A DNA stretch of 19,034 bases from Octopus sinensis (lineage: Eukaryota), in the NCBI RefSeq assembly GCF_006345805.1, contig NW_021836430.1, forward strand, positions 1 through 19,034. Reading direction: 5' to 3'. The notes beneath the pieces are model-generated. The model saw only the letters and a program-made list of their open reading frames with translations. It ran no database searches and was not told where the DNA came from. A program made the translations under genes and the position numbers. Shown piece by piece: positions 1 to 8,948 of this stretch; positions within the stretch are counted from its first letter, which is position 1; every line of letters starts with the position of its first letter.

Positions 1-399
1 ATATTTGATTATAAAATTCAACCGTTTGCTGATGATTCTAACTCTTATCTGCAAATTATATTGCGTAATGTTAATTTCATATAAATTTTATCGTTTCAAT
101 TTCACAATATACATATAAACATACATACACACACACACATATGCACACACACACGCACACACGAATGTGCGTATGCATATAGGTGCTGAATTTGTTGAGT
201 ATATAAACGGATTGGGTGGTCGTTCCTCTGGAATTGGTCAAATCGATGCACACACTTCTGATGAGACCCCTATAAAGTTCAGAAACCGATTAAGGCTGTC
301 CGTCATGTTTCCAACATTCGGAGAAACAGCTAAATTTTGCCTTCATTATAAATCTGCTATATAAGTTATACACTCAACGCGCACACACACACACATACA

Positions 400-444
<45 letters not shown>

Positions 445-630
445 GTGCGTGTGTGGGTGTGTGTGCATGTACAAATATCATGAAGGCGGCCATTAGTTTA
501 GTTGTAACATTAGAAGTGAAATACAATCAGTTCGTGTGACATAATGACCCTCCCAGGATAAAATAAAATCTGTTTCAACTGACGATTTTACATCGAGAAT
601 TTTGCCAATCAAATTCAAAAGGAAATCGAT

Positions 631-1032
631 ATTCTTTTACTCTTTTACTTGTTTCAGTCATTTGACAACGGCCATGCTGGAACACCGCCTTTTAGTCGAA
701 GAAATCGACTCCAGGACTTATTCTTTGTAAGCCCGGTACTTATACTTTAAGTTTCTTTTGCCGAAGTGTTAAGTTGCGAGAATGTAAACATACCAACATC
801 GGTTGTCAAGCGTTGAGTGGAAGGGACAAACACAGACATAAAAACACATACATAAGTACACACACATACCCCCCCACATATATATATACGACAGGCTTCT
901 TCCAATTTCCGTCTACCAAATCTACTCACAAGGCTTTGGTCGGCTGAGGCTACAGTAGTCACTTGCATAAGGTGTCATGTAGGGGGACTGAACCCGGAAC
1001 CTTGTGGTTGGTAAGCAACCTTCTTACCATAC
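631..1032 (-). mobile_element. tRNA-derived SINE, family B, near full-length copy
   Basis: Minus strand has a tRNA-like head with B-box-like GGGTTCAGTCCC (984-995). The body CCGACCAAAGCCTTGTGAGTAGATTTGGTAGACGGAAA is shared with copies at 8068, 14964 and 16103. An internal (CA/TA) microsatellite and a 3' tail ending in (GTAAAAGA)2 at 633-648 are present. Confidence 0.85.
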
Positions 1033-1568
1033 ACACACACATACATACATACATATATATATATGTATGTATGTATGTTCTCTCTTTCTCAGTCTTCCTC
1101 CTTGACTCTTCCGTTGCTCACACGTGATCAACGGCTATCTATCTTTCTTTCTTCCACTTCCTTCCCAAAGAGAAGACGTGCTTCTGCCTGTCTCTTCTCA
1201 AAGCTCGTTTTTTCATCGTTCACCACTTCACCTCCTTATGCCTTAACAGCCCTCACTGTTTTTGCTGTTTTGTTCTTACTGTCCTGCTTTTGTTACCACT
1301 TTAACCCCACGCAAAACATCTCAATTTGTTTTTAAATTTGCTTTGCGGGAAGGATTGTTTTAACGAAGTTGCATCTTGTCCCTACTTTTGGAAAGCGGAG
1401 TAGATAAAGCAGGGGACAACTGATGAAAGGAATATTCTTTATGCTGCCTGTCTCGTTCCTCTATTTGTTTCTTTCGTTGTTCAAAAAAGTTTATTTTCTA
1501 TGTTTTTGTCTTTTATATTTTCGTTTCTCATTTTGTTCACGTTTTTTATGTCCTATACCTGTTATGCA

Positions 1569-1674
1569 TATATATATATACATATATATGTAGGTATGTA
1601 CATATATATATATATATGTATATATGCATATATTATATATTTATTTATATTGATATATATATTATATAATATAT

Positions 1675-1710
<36 letters not shown>

Positions 1711-1718
1711 ATTATATA
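1569..1718. repeat. Imperfect (TA)n microsatellite
   Basis: Directly visible; explains spurious ORF 1500..1748. Confidence 0.95.
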
Positions 1719-1932
1719 TTATTAGTATTAATATTTGCAGGTGTTTAAATGGGTTCTAGGCAAATTAACCGCGGTAAATTCCACCAGGGAAAATTCCACC
1801 AAGTAAATTTCACATATGGACAGACTTCCAATATAAGCTGCTCCTGCTAATAATCACCGTGGTCAGTTTTTTAGACCGTGGGTTAATACCTATGTTGTAT
1901 CTATGTTACCTGTCTGTCTCTCAAGTCTTAAG

Positions 1933-1988
<56 letters not shown>
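1933..1988. repeat. (GA)n microsatellite
   Basis: Directly visible. Confidence 0.95.
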
Positions 1989-1990
<2 letters not shown>

Positions 1991-2265
1991 TGAAGGTGAG
2001 CTAGAAAATAATCTTTGTAATCTATTTGAATTGAGATGGGCTCACTTCAATGTACTCCTATCGAGCAAGAATCTATGAAAAAGAGTCATCACACAATTTC
2101 AAAAATAATATAATTTGGGATAAAAGTGTTTAAAGTATTCACCGTGTATTTCTTTGTATGATTGTTCCTTAATTACTTTTCTCCCTCGTATTTTATGTAT
2201 TCATTGACGTTATTGATATTATTTTTTATGCATTCTTACTTCCATAATATCGTAACCCATGTAAT

Positions 2266-2339
2266 ATGATGATGATGATGATGATGATGGTGATGATGAT
2301 AGTGATGGTGGTGGTAGTGGTGGTGATGTTGATGATGAT
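2266..2339. repeat. (ATG)n/(GTG)n compound trinucleotide repeat
   Basis: Directly visible; explains the poly-Met/Val ORF 2266..2463. Confidence 0.95.
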
Positions 2340-2531
2340 TTCACGTATAGTGAAATTTACCATGGTGGAATATACTGTGGTGGAATTTACCTATGGTGAA
2401 ATTTACCTGGTGGAATTTTCCGTGATGGAATTTATCACGGTGGAATTTAACGGTCACCGTTAAAATGCACCCAGACACAACCCAGGTAATAGGTATGAAA
2501 ACAAGGACATGAAATCTAATGCTATTTAATA

Positions 2532-2717
2532 CAGTTCTATATTTTAGAGATAAGGAATTATGTACATTATTTACCTTATTTACATTTGACGGATATTTGT
2601 CCTCGTCTTGTTTGTTGTTAACACAACGTTTCGCTTGATAACCCCCAGCTTTCATCAGGTGTCTTGGGGAAACTTCGAACCTGGGTTCTCATTCCTAAGG
2701 TATTTTTCGATGATATG
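2532..2717 (-). mobile_element. Hammerhead-bearing 3' tail of a SINE/PLE-like repeat
   Basis: Homologous, in inverted orientation, to 3481-3577 (CCCCAAgACACCtGATGaAAGCTG...GAAACGTTGTGTTAACAACAAACAAGA...AAATAATGTA). Starts directly after a (TAA/TTA)n tract on the minus strand. Confidence 0.7.
2620..2663 (-). ncRNA. Minimal type I hammerhead ribozyme motif (PLE-type), partly degenerate
   Basis: Minus strand reads GACAC-CTGATGA-AAGCTGGGGGTTATCAAGC-GAAACGTT-GTGTT: stem I GACAC/GTGTT, intact CUGAUGA and GAAA cores, a weakened stem II and a loopless palindromic stem III (ACGT) with a GUU triplet. Confidence 0.65.
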
Positions 2718-2755
<38 letters not shown>

Positions 2756-2768
2756 TATTATTATTATT
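2718..2768. repeat. (ATA)n followed by (TTA)n, with a polarity switch
   Basis: ataataata...ataattattattattattc; the switch is at about 2755. Confidence 0.95.
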
Positions 2769-3347
2769 CAGTAGTTTTATTTTTTATAGCGTGCTTTCAC
2801 TTCACTACCGAGCGCAGCTCTGTGTGCCTTGGGTATGTGCTGTGATTTGTTGTGATGCTCTGATGGTTATTGTATGGAAAGTGTTCTGCGTAGGATGTGT
2901 GCAGTGCCTAGTAGTGCATTTTCTGTATGTTATATGTTTGTAAGTCCTGGTGTTTTTGTTATGTATTTGTCTGAATATTTTTTTATCATGCCTAATGCAC
3001 TACTATGATAGGAATTGTTTCTGTTTTTAGATTCCACATTCTGGTTACCTCCATTTCCAGGTCTTTGTTTTTGAAAGTTTCTCCATTTCTTTTAGAGACA
3101 CGTTGTCATCTGCCGGTATTGATACATCAATTAGAAAGCATTTTTTTTCTTCATGATCTCTGACAACTATATCTGGTCTGTTGGCCTTAATTTCTCTATC
3201 TGTGTGTATATTTGTTAGGTGGTATGATTTCTTGTTTGTATTTGTCAGCTTCCTTAAATGCTGAGAACAGTTTTTTGTTTTGCTCGTGTTTTGCCGCTAT
3301 TTGTATCAGTTTTCCTTCCTTCTGAAGTAGATATTTTTGCAGTCCTA

Positions 3348-3349
<2 letters not shown>
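2769..3349 (-). mobile_element. 5'-truncated, internally deleted R4/Dong-type non-LTR retrotransposon (restriction-like endonuclease C-terminus + 3' UTR)
   Basis: Minus-strand translation across frameshifts gives IHTDREIKANRPDIVVRDHEEKKCFLIDVSIPADDNVSLKEMEKLSK-KDLEMEVTRMWNLKTETIPIIV-ALGMIKK...ALLGTAHILRRTLSIQ* (stop 2867-2869). This is the PD..D REL domain plus the IPIIVGALG and LLGTAHILRR motifs typical of R4/Dong/NeSL-type elements. The element is flanked on both sides by (TAA)n. Confidence 0.85.

Positions 3350-3408
<59 letters not shown>
3350..3408. repeat. (TTA)n microsatellite
   Basis: Directly visible; source of the poly-N/Y/L ORFs. Confidence 0.95.
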
Positions 3409-3412
<4 letters not shown>

Positions 3413-3482
3413 TCACTACCTGGAATCGAACTCGGAATCTTGGGGTTAGTAGCCCGCACTCTTAACCACTACGCTATATGCC
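3409..3482 (-). mobile_element. tRNA-like SINE head with Pol III A and B boxes
   Basis: Minus strand GGCATATAGCGTAGTGGTTAAGAGTGCGGGCTACTAACCCCAAGATTCCGAGTTCGATTCCAGGTAGTGACCTG: A-box-like TAGCGTAGTGG (3466-3476), B-box GAGTTCGATTCC (3422-3433), followed by (AAT)n. The acceptor stem does not close, so this is not a functional tRNA. Confidence 0.8.
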
Positions 3483-3577
3483 CCAAAACACCAGATGGAA
3501 GCTGGAGGGTATATCAGCCGAAACGTTGTGTTAACAACAAACAAGATGTAAATAATTTAAATAATGTAAATAATGTA
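3481..3577 (+). mobile_element. Inverted, truncated copy of the hammerhead tail with a mutated core
   Basis: AACAC-CAGATGG-AAGCTG-GAGGGTATAT-CAGCC-GAAACGTT-GTGTT (3487-3532): perfect stem I, GCTG/CAGC stem II, and a core CAGATGG carrying two substitutions relative to CTGATGA. Confidence 0.7.
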
Positions 3578-3712
3578 ATGCTATCTAATCTAACAATAAT
3601 ACATGTATAGTAGAAGTAAGGACCTAAATCCTTCAAAGGGATGTTCGCCGGTTCAATCCAAACCTAAGAATATATATAAAAATATATATTCAATATTGCT
3701 ACAATAAATAAA

Positions 3713-3913
3713 GAAAGGAAAAGAAAATTAGAAGTGTAAATGTTACTTTATTCTAAGTTTATATAAAACGCTACAAGTCATTGCCAAGCCTAATAAATTC
3801 AAGACAAAACGAAATATAATCGTTTTGAAATCACAAATTAGGCTTTTTCTCAGGAATCCATTACAGGCATGAATGAGTTCTAGCAACGGATATAAAGACC
3901 TTTACGATAGCCC
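3713..3913 (+). mobile_element. Fragment of the Penelope-like element, inverted relative to 5714-5907
   Basis: Aligns to the reverse complement of 5714-5907 (shared CAAAACGAAATATAATC-TTTTGAAATCACAAATTAGGCTTTT-CTCAGGAAT), roughly 80-85% identical by eye. Confidence 0.8.
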
Positions 3914-4849
3914 AGAAAGGAGCAAGCAATTAAAATATGATTGAAAGAAAATAACTGAACGCCAGACCGATCAAGAGCAGAAAAATATATAAATACAGGT
4001 GCGCGTTAATTCACATGACAATTCACAATTTACAAATACTTTTGCAATTACCGTCTACAGAAAACAATATAGACAATCGACCTACAAATAAGTTAATGAA
4101 AAAAATAAACTATTAACTACTAAGAATTATAGAGTTAATTAAGATATTAAAAAAAAACAATATATTATCTACTAGAACATAATCAATATAATAATTCAAA
4201 GTTAATAATAGGATTTCAAAAGAAAAGAATACTGTATATTTACAAATGGCTTCCGTCAATTAAAACACAGTATTTCCCCTTGCCTACAAACAAATCAAAA
4301 CAAATAAGAATATAATTGCAGAAAAATTCCTTTCATTTCAAAATATCAGATAAATCTAAATTAAAAATCCAAAATTCAAAATTCAAAATTCAAAACCAAT
4401 TAAAAAAACTTATTTTAAAAATAATAATAATATAAATTTAAAAAAAAACTCCTTACATTACAAATTGAACGAATTACAAATTACAAATTAAAATTAAAAA
4501 ACGCATTACAAATTAAACGAATCTATGAAGAAATATATAATATATATATATATATATATGTAAAACTTTTTCGAAAAATTCATAAAAATTTAGCTATAAA
4601 TTATTCAAATCATAGGATTAGGAAATAAATTAAAAACAGATTATCTAATGAATATTTATATTAATTTATTAAACTAGAATAAACATATCTAAATCTAAAA
4701 GATAACACTGCAAAAAATTTACCTAAAATACCTAACATGACATAATGGCAATGTAGAAATCAAAAAACAAATGAGAAAAGACCTACTTAAATAGTAAATA
4801 CAAAGGGAGAAACTGTAATTATCAAAATCTCAATAACCGGTTAATCAAA

Positions 4850-5907
4850 ATAAATGAGATAAAACATGCCTACAAGACCTACTTATCTAACATTTATAAA
4901 CACAAAAAAAAAATCGTCTTTTCGGTTTTGATTTCTTCTAGAAAATAAAATCTTCGGAACAAATAGGACAGAACATATTACCAATCTTATAGGCCGGAGC
5001 TGTCCCTAAAATGTTCTATTCAATAAAGGACATTTTATCATAATCTTTCATATTCCAGTTGAAATTACTAAGACTGGAAGAAGAAGCCCTATTTCTGTTC
5101 CTAAAGGAATGGTAAAGATTCGAAACTCTTTTTTTTATATAATTAGCCGAAGAACAAATATAAAAGTAATCATTACACTCAGAAATGACATTAACTTGAT
5201 AAACTACTTCACGTTTACAATAATTTCCAAATAAACAATGTCCTTTGTTTTGACAATCACAAAGAGAATTTCCACCTTTACTCAAGTCTTCAACACTTGA
5301 ATTGTTATTAAGTAAATAGCTACCCTCCTGATTATTACTAAAACTTAGATTCAAAACAAAACCATCACTACTACCCTGACTAATGGAAAAATCAATAGCA
5401 TTAGCTTCCACGGAATCGATCACGCTAATATTAACTGAGCTAACACGATGATAAAACAGATAATCTCTTCTCATTAATAGAAGAAATAATCTTAAGAGAC
5501 CTCGGATTTAAAATCTTATAATACCTACTTTTTTTTATTAAAATGTTTCAAAAACAATTTATAAACAGCCCCAACTAAGTTACTTTTTAATTGTCCAGCA
5601 AAGGGAATAATATATATTCTTGTCCAAAAATAATTTAGAATGACCTAAATTATTAACCTTTTAGACCAACATCGAATAATTACTCTTTAGCACGTAATTA
5701 CATTTATATTAACGGGCTATTGTAAAGGCCTTTATATTTGTTGGTAGAACTCATTCCTTCCAATAATGAATTCCTGAGGAAAAGCCTAATTTGTGATTTC
5801 AAAATGATTATATTTCGTTTTGTTTTGAATCAATTAGGCTTGGAAACAACTTGTAGAGTTTTAATTGAATAAAGTAATGTCAACGCTTCTAATTTTCGTC
5901 TCCTTTC
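4850..5907 (-). mobile_element. Penelope-like element relic: post-RT linker and GIY-YIG endonuclease, degraded
   Basis: ORF 5016..5474 contains CDCQNKGHCLFGNYCKREVVYQVNV...YFYICSSANYIKKRVSNLYHSFRNR...LSNFNWNMKD. Past the stop it continues NILGTAPAY...CPICSE...SCRH (4866-4874), and upstream it reads LKHFNKKSRYYKILNPRSLKI. This matches the PLE pattern CxC...VVY...YIG...R..NH..SF...LS..IW.LK...C.LC..E...CRH. Confidence 0.8.
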
Positions 5908-5925
5908 ACACACACACAGAGACAC

Positions 5926-5958
<33 letters not shown>

Positions 5959-6010
5959 GTATATATCTATATATATATAATATATAGTATATATATATAA
6001 TATATATATA
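5908..6010. repeat. (CA)n/(TA)n compound microsatellite
   Basis: Directly visible. Confidence 0.9.
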
Positions 6011-6194
6011 TCAATAATTGAGGGTAAAACTAATTAGTTATTAATCAATTTCACCAAGTAGTGTTCAGTATGTAAAAGGACCATTTAAGGCGTATTCAAA
6101 ATATTACATTATATAATTAGGGCTTAGTAAAATAAATTACTTTGCCACATACTGAACTTTCTAGAAATAGCAGCCAAAAGTTTTTTAGCCATTT

Positions 6195-6197
<3 letters not shown>

Positions 6198-6236
<39 letters not shown>

Positions 6237-6245
6237 TAATATATA

Positions 6246-6280
<35 letters not shown>
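6198..6280. repeat. (TA)n/(TG)n compound microsatellite
   Basis: Directly visible. Confidence 0.9.
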
Positions 6281-6289
6281 CACATGCAA

Positions 6290-7878
6290 TTGAAAATTGG
6301 ACATTTCTGTTATATTTTCTCTAATTAACTGGAATACCTATGATCCGAGTTTCATCAAAGTTGCAGATGAGGGTTCTTTCCCTCTTTACACACCCTAAAC
6401 ATTTTTAGTCATGACACATGTATCCCATACTACTGATTTTTATGCGGAGATTCCAAAATTCCAGTCTTATGGAACCTGTTAAAAGAATTTTGATCCTGAA
6501 CAATGAGGGTCATTGAGCTCTAAAATGTGGGAGTTAAGGCCCCTATTGGGAGTGGGTATCTTAATGTCAACCAGAAAAGTTGAGAAGCTTTTTAACTTGG
6601 TTCTTATATCTATTGTTTGAATTTCTTTGAAATAGGAGATATATGTATGTTCACTGGTTTTGTAAAAGAGAGCAAAGCTACAGGAAACCAAAAGACGAAT
6701 GATCACAATAGGAAGTCAGCTACCCTACCCTAGCCGTTACCACTCCCAATGTAGGATTCCTCACCATACAGGTCACAGGCACAGCCGTAGGATGCATTAC
6801 GGATCTACAGCAATTGGAAGGGCGTGACCCAACTGAAATAAACATTAACAACTATGTGACGTGAAGGCTAAGGAGAAATGAGAGTTGGAGTTTGCAAATA
6901 CACACTATACTGATACGTAACTGGACAGAATAAATTTACAATCTATGTCTTTGAATAACCAGTCACTCATCTGAGAAGGCCTTGAAATCAATGTTACCAT
7001 CTGGGGACTATGTGTGACCCAGTGATAGTAAAAAGACTCAAAGAAGGTCTGCGACCAAATAACTTTACTCAACACTTTGCAACTGAATCAGTGGAGGCAA
7101 AGATGACTCTCATTTACTTGACAATTTATGCACCACATTGCAGAAACCGCAATCTAAGTATATCTCAAAGCAAACTGTTACACTGTTGTACTATTTAATT
7201 ACAAATAATGCTCATCTTCTATGGTCGGGTAACCCTACATCTTCCAAGAGTACAAGTGTATTCGTCTTTGCTTAGATAAAATGACTAAATTGTGGGTGTT
7301 AAGTCCCCATGAGGGGGTCTTTGTAACTTCTAAGAAGATAAAACTTTAGAAATATTACTTCATTCGTGTCTAATATCTATTATTAAATTTTCATCAACAG
7401 CCAAAATATAATATTTGTCATGGGGTTATGGCCCTTATGCATAGAATATAATTTCCAAATTTCATAAAGATCCATTCAGTACTTTTGACCTAGTTTTGGA
7501 TCATAAAGAATGACTAAAATTTGGGAGTTAAGGCCCCCATTAGGGGGCCTTAGAATGCTGATGAGAAGTGGAAACTTTGAGAATACTTCTTGATGTGTGT
7601 CAGTTACTCATGGTTGAAATTTCGTCAACATTGAAAATTTATGAATTTAGCTATCATATTGTATTATACCCACCCTTATGCATTGAATATGAATTCCAAA
7701 TATCATAAGGATCCATTCAGTAATTTTGGTCCATGAAATTGTATGACACACACAGCATTATCCTTCTCTCTAGGGTTGGATTTTATGTTCCAAATTTCAT
7801 TAGGATTGGTACAGTAGTTTTCGAATGTATAAGTAACACACGAACACACATAAATACATTGACTTTTATATAATAGAT
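6290..7878 (-). mobile_element. Putative non-autonomous Helitron/Helentron-like element with dispersed internal repeats
   Basis: Minus-strand start ATCTATTATATAAAAGTCAATGT followed by GTGT-rich sequence resembles rolling-circle non-autonomous termini. Recurrent motifs: CCAAATTTCAT...GATCCATTCAGTA (about 7455, 7697, 7790) and CTAAAATnTGGGAGTTAAGGCCCC (about 6519, 7285, 7515). The left boundary is unresolved. Confidence 0.45.
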
Positions 7879-7935
7879 ATGAATATGCACATATACATAC
7901 ATGTATGTATGTGTGTGCATGTGTATTATATATAT

Positions 7936-7977
<42 letters not shown>

Positions 7978-8067
7978 GCACACAAAAAGATAGATTGATA
8001 GATACAACTGAGTGGGCAAACAAAAATATGAGACACTGCCTAGTGCTTTTTTTTGTATTTTGATAAT

Positions 8068-8376
8068 CCTGGTACTTATTCTATCAGTTTCTTCTTGAGA
8101 AACCACTAAGTTATAGGGATGTAAATGAACGAAAAGCAGTTGTGAAACAGTGATGAGGGAGAAACACAGTGACAAAGACACAAAGATACACTTACATATA
8201 TAGATATATATACGATTGATTTCTTTGAGTTTCTGTCTACGAAATTCACTCACAAGTCTTTGGTTGGTCTGAAGCTATACCAGAAGACACATGCCAAGTC
8301 ACCACCCAGTGGGACTTGAACCGAGGACCATGTGTTTTGGAACCAAGTTTCTTACTAGACAACCACACCTGTACCT
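8068..8376 (-). mobile_element. tRNA-derived SINE, family B, old diverged copy
   Basis: Degenerate match to 631-1032 and 16103-16300 (gtttctgtctacgaaattcactcacaagtctttggttggtc...gtgggacttgaacc). Confidence 0.75.
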
Positions 8377-8401
8377 ATATATATATATATATTATATATA
8401 G

Positions 8402-8442
<41 letters not shown>

Positions 8443-8524
8443 GTGTGTGTGTGTGTGTGTGTTTTGTTTGAGTGTGTGTGTGTATATGTGTGTGTATAGG
8501 TGTATATATTTATGCCTGTGTATA
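8377..8524. repeat. (TA)n/(TG)n microsatellite
   Basis: Directly visible. Confidence 0.9.
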
Positions 8525-8537
8525 TGTGAGATAATAA

Positions 8538-8827
8538 TTTCACTTTAATAGTTTCAGTATTAAAGTGAAACTATTAAAGTGAGAATATCTGACATTACAA
8601 TAGAGAGATGTTATTCTTTCACTTTTGACACGTAATACTGAAATAGGGGAGAAGATATGATATTGGTATGGGCTCGCACTAGGCAAGAAATTAAAACGTT
8701 TTTGGCCTATGACACTACATGGACCCTAAGTAGGCATGTGTAAAATTTGAATGAAATGGTTGTGTAGTGCTCAAATTTTAGGGGTTCACACAAACAGACA
8801 GACACACATTCTCTTCTTTATATATAT
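8538..8827 (-). mobile_element. Short HINE/DINE-1-like (Helentron-associated) non-autonomous element
   Basis: On the minus strand: TATATATAAAGAAGAGAATGT start, a (GTCT) microsatellite, an imperfect subterminal inverted repeat (8806-8819 vs 8576-8588) and a terminal hairpin at 8538-8582. This layout matches that described for HINE/DINE-1 elements. Confidence 0.45.
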
Positions 8828-8880
8828 TGGTATATATCAATATATAATATATAATATATATAATATAATAATATATATAT

Positions 8881-8948
<68 letters not shown>

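Larger units (their letters stand above)
1751..2472. mobile_element. Putative foldback-type non-autonomous DNA element with 14-15-bp tandem repeats in inverted arms
   Basis: Left arm 1762-1820 has AAATTCCACC-type units every 14-15 bp. Right arm 2350-2450 has about 7 GGTGGAATTT units in the opposite orientation. Left GGAAAATTCCACCAAGTAAATTTCAC matches the reverse complement of the right arm (GGAAAATTCCACCAGGTAAATTTCAC). Termini and TSD were not resolved. Confidence 0.5.

Noticed and set aside
1305-1349. Imperfect hairpin CGCAAA...TTTGCG within an unclassified pyrimidine-rich stretch (1080-1560)
   Set aside because: Short and bulged, with no second copy or recognisable family.
1405-1450. ACAACTGATGAAAGGAATATTCTTT begins like a hammerhead core
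   Set aside because: No following GAAA or stem III, and no stem I partner was found.
3409-3482. Possible functional tRNA gene
   Set aside because: The acceptor and T stems do not pair properly and the sequence runs into (AAT)n; treated as a SINE head.
3603-3662. tRNA-like stretch with B-box-like GGTTCAATCC and a small ATCC/GGAT stem
   Set aside because: No credible A box, T stem or acceptor stem; at best a very decayed SINE head.
4370-4520. (CAAAATT)n and TTACAAA repeats as a possible spacer array or telomere-like repeat
   Set aside because: Short, degenerate low-complexity units with no unique spacers and no match to TTAGGG-type repeats.
6049-6068. Minus-strand CTGAACACTACTTGGTGAAA, a hammerhead-like spacing within a probable repeat at about 6016-6197
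   Set aside because: The core has C at conserved G8 and no convincing stems I or III; there is no second copy in the window to support a family call.
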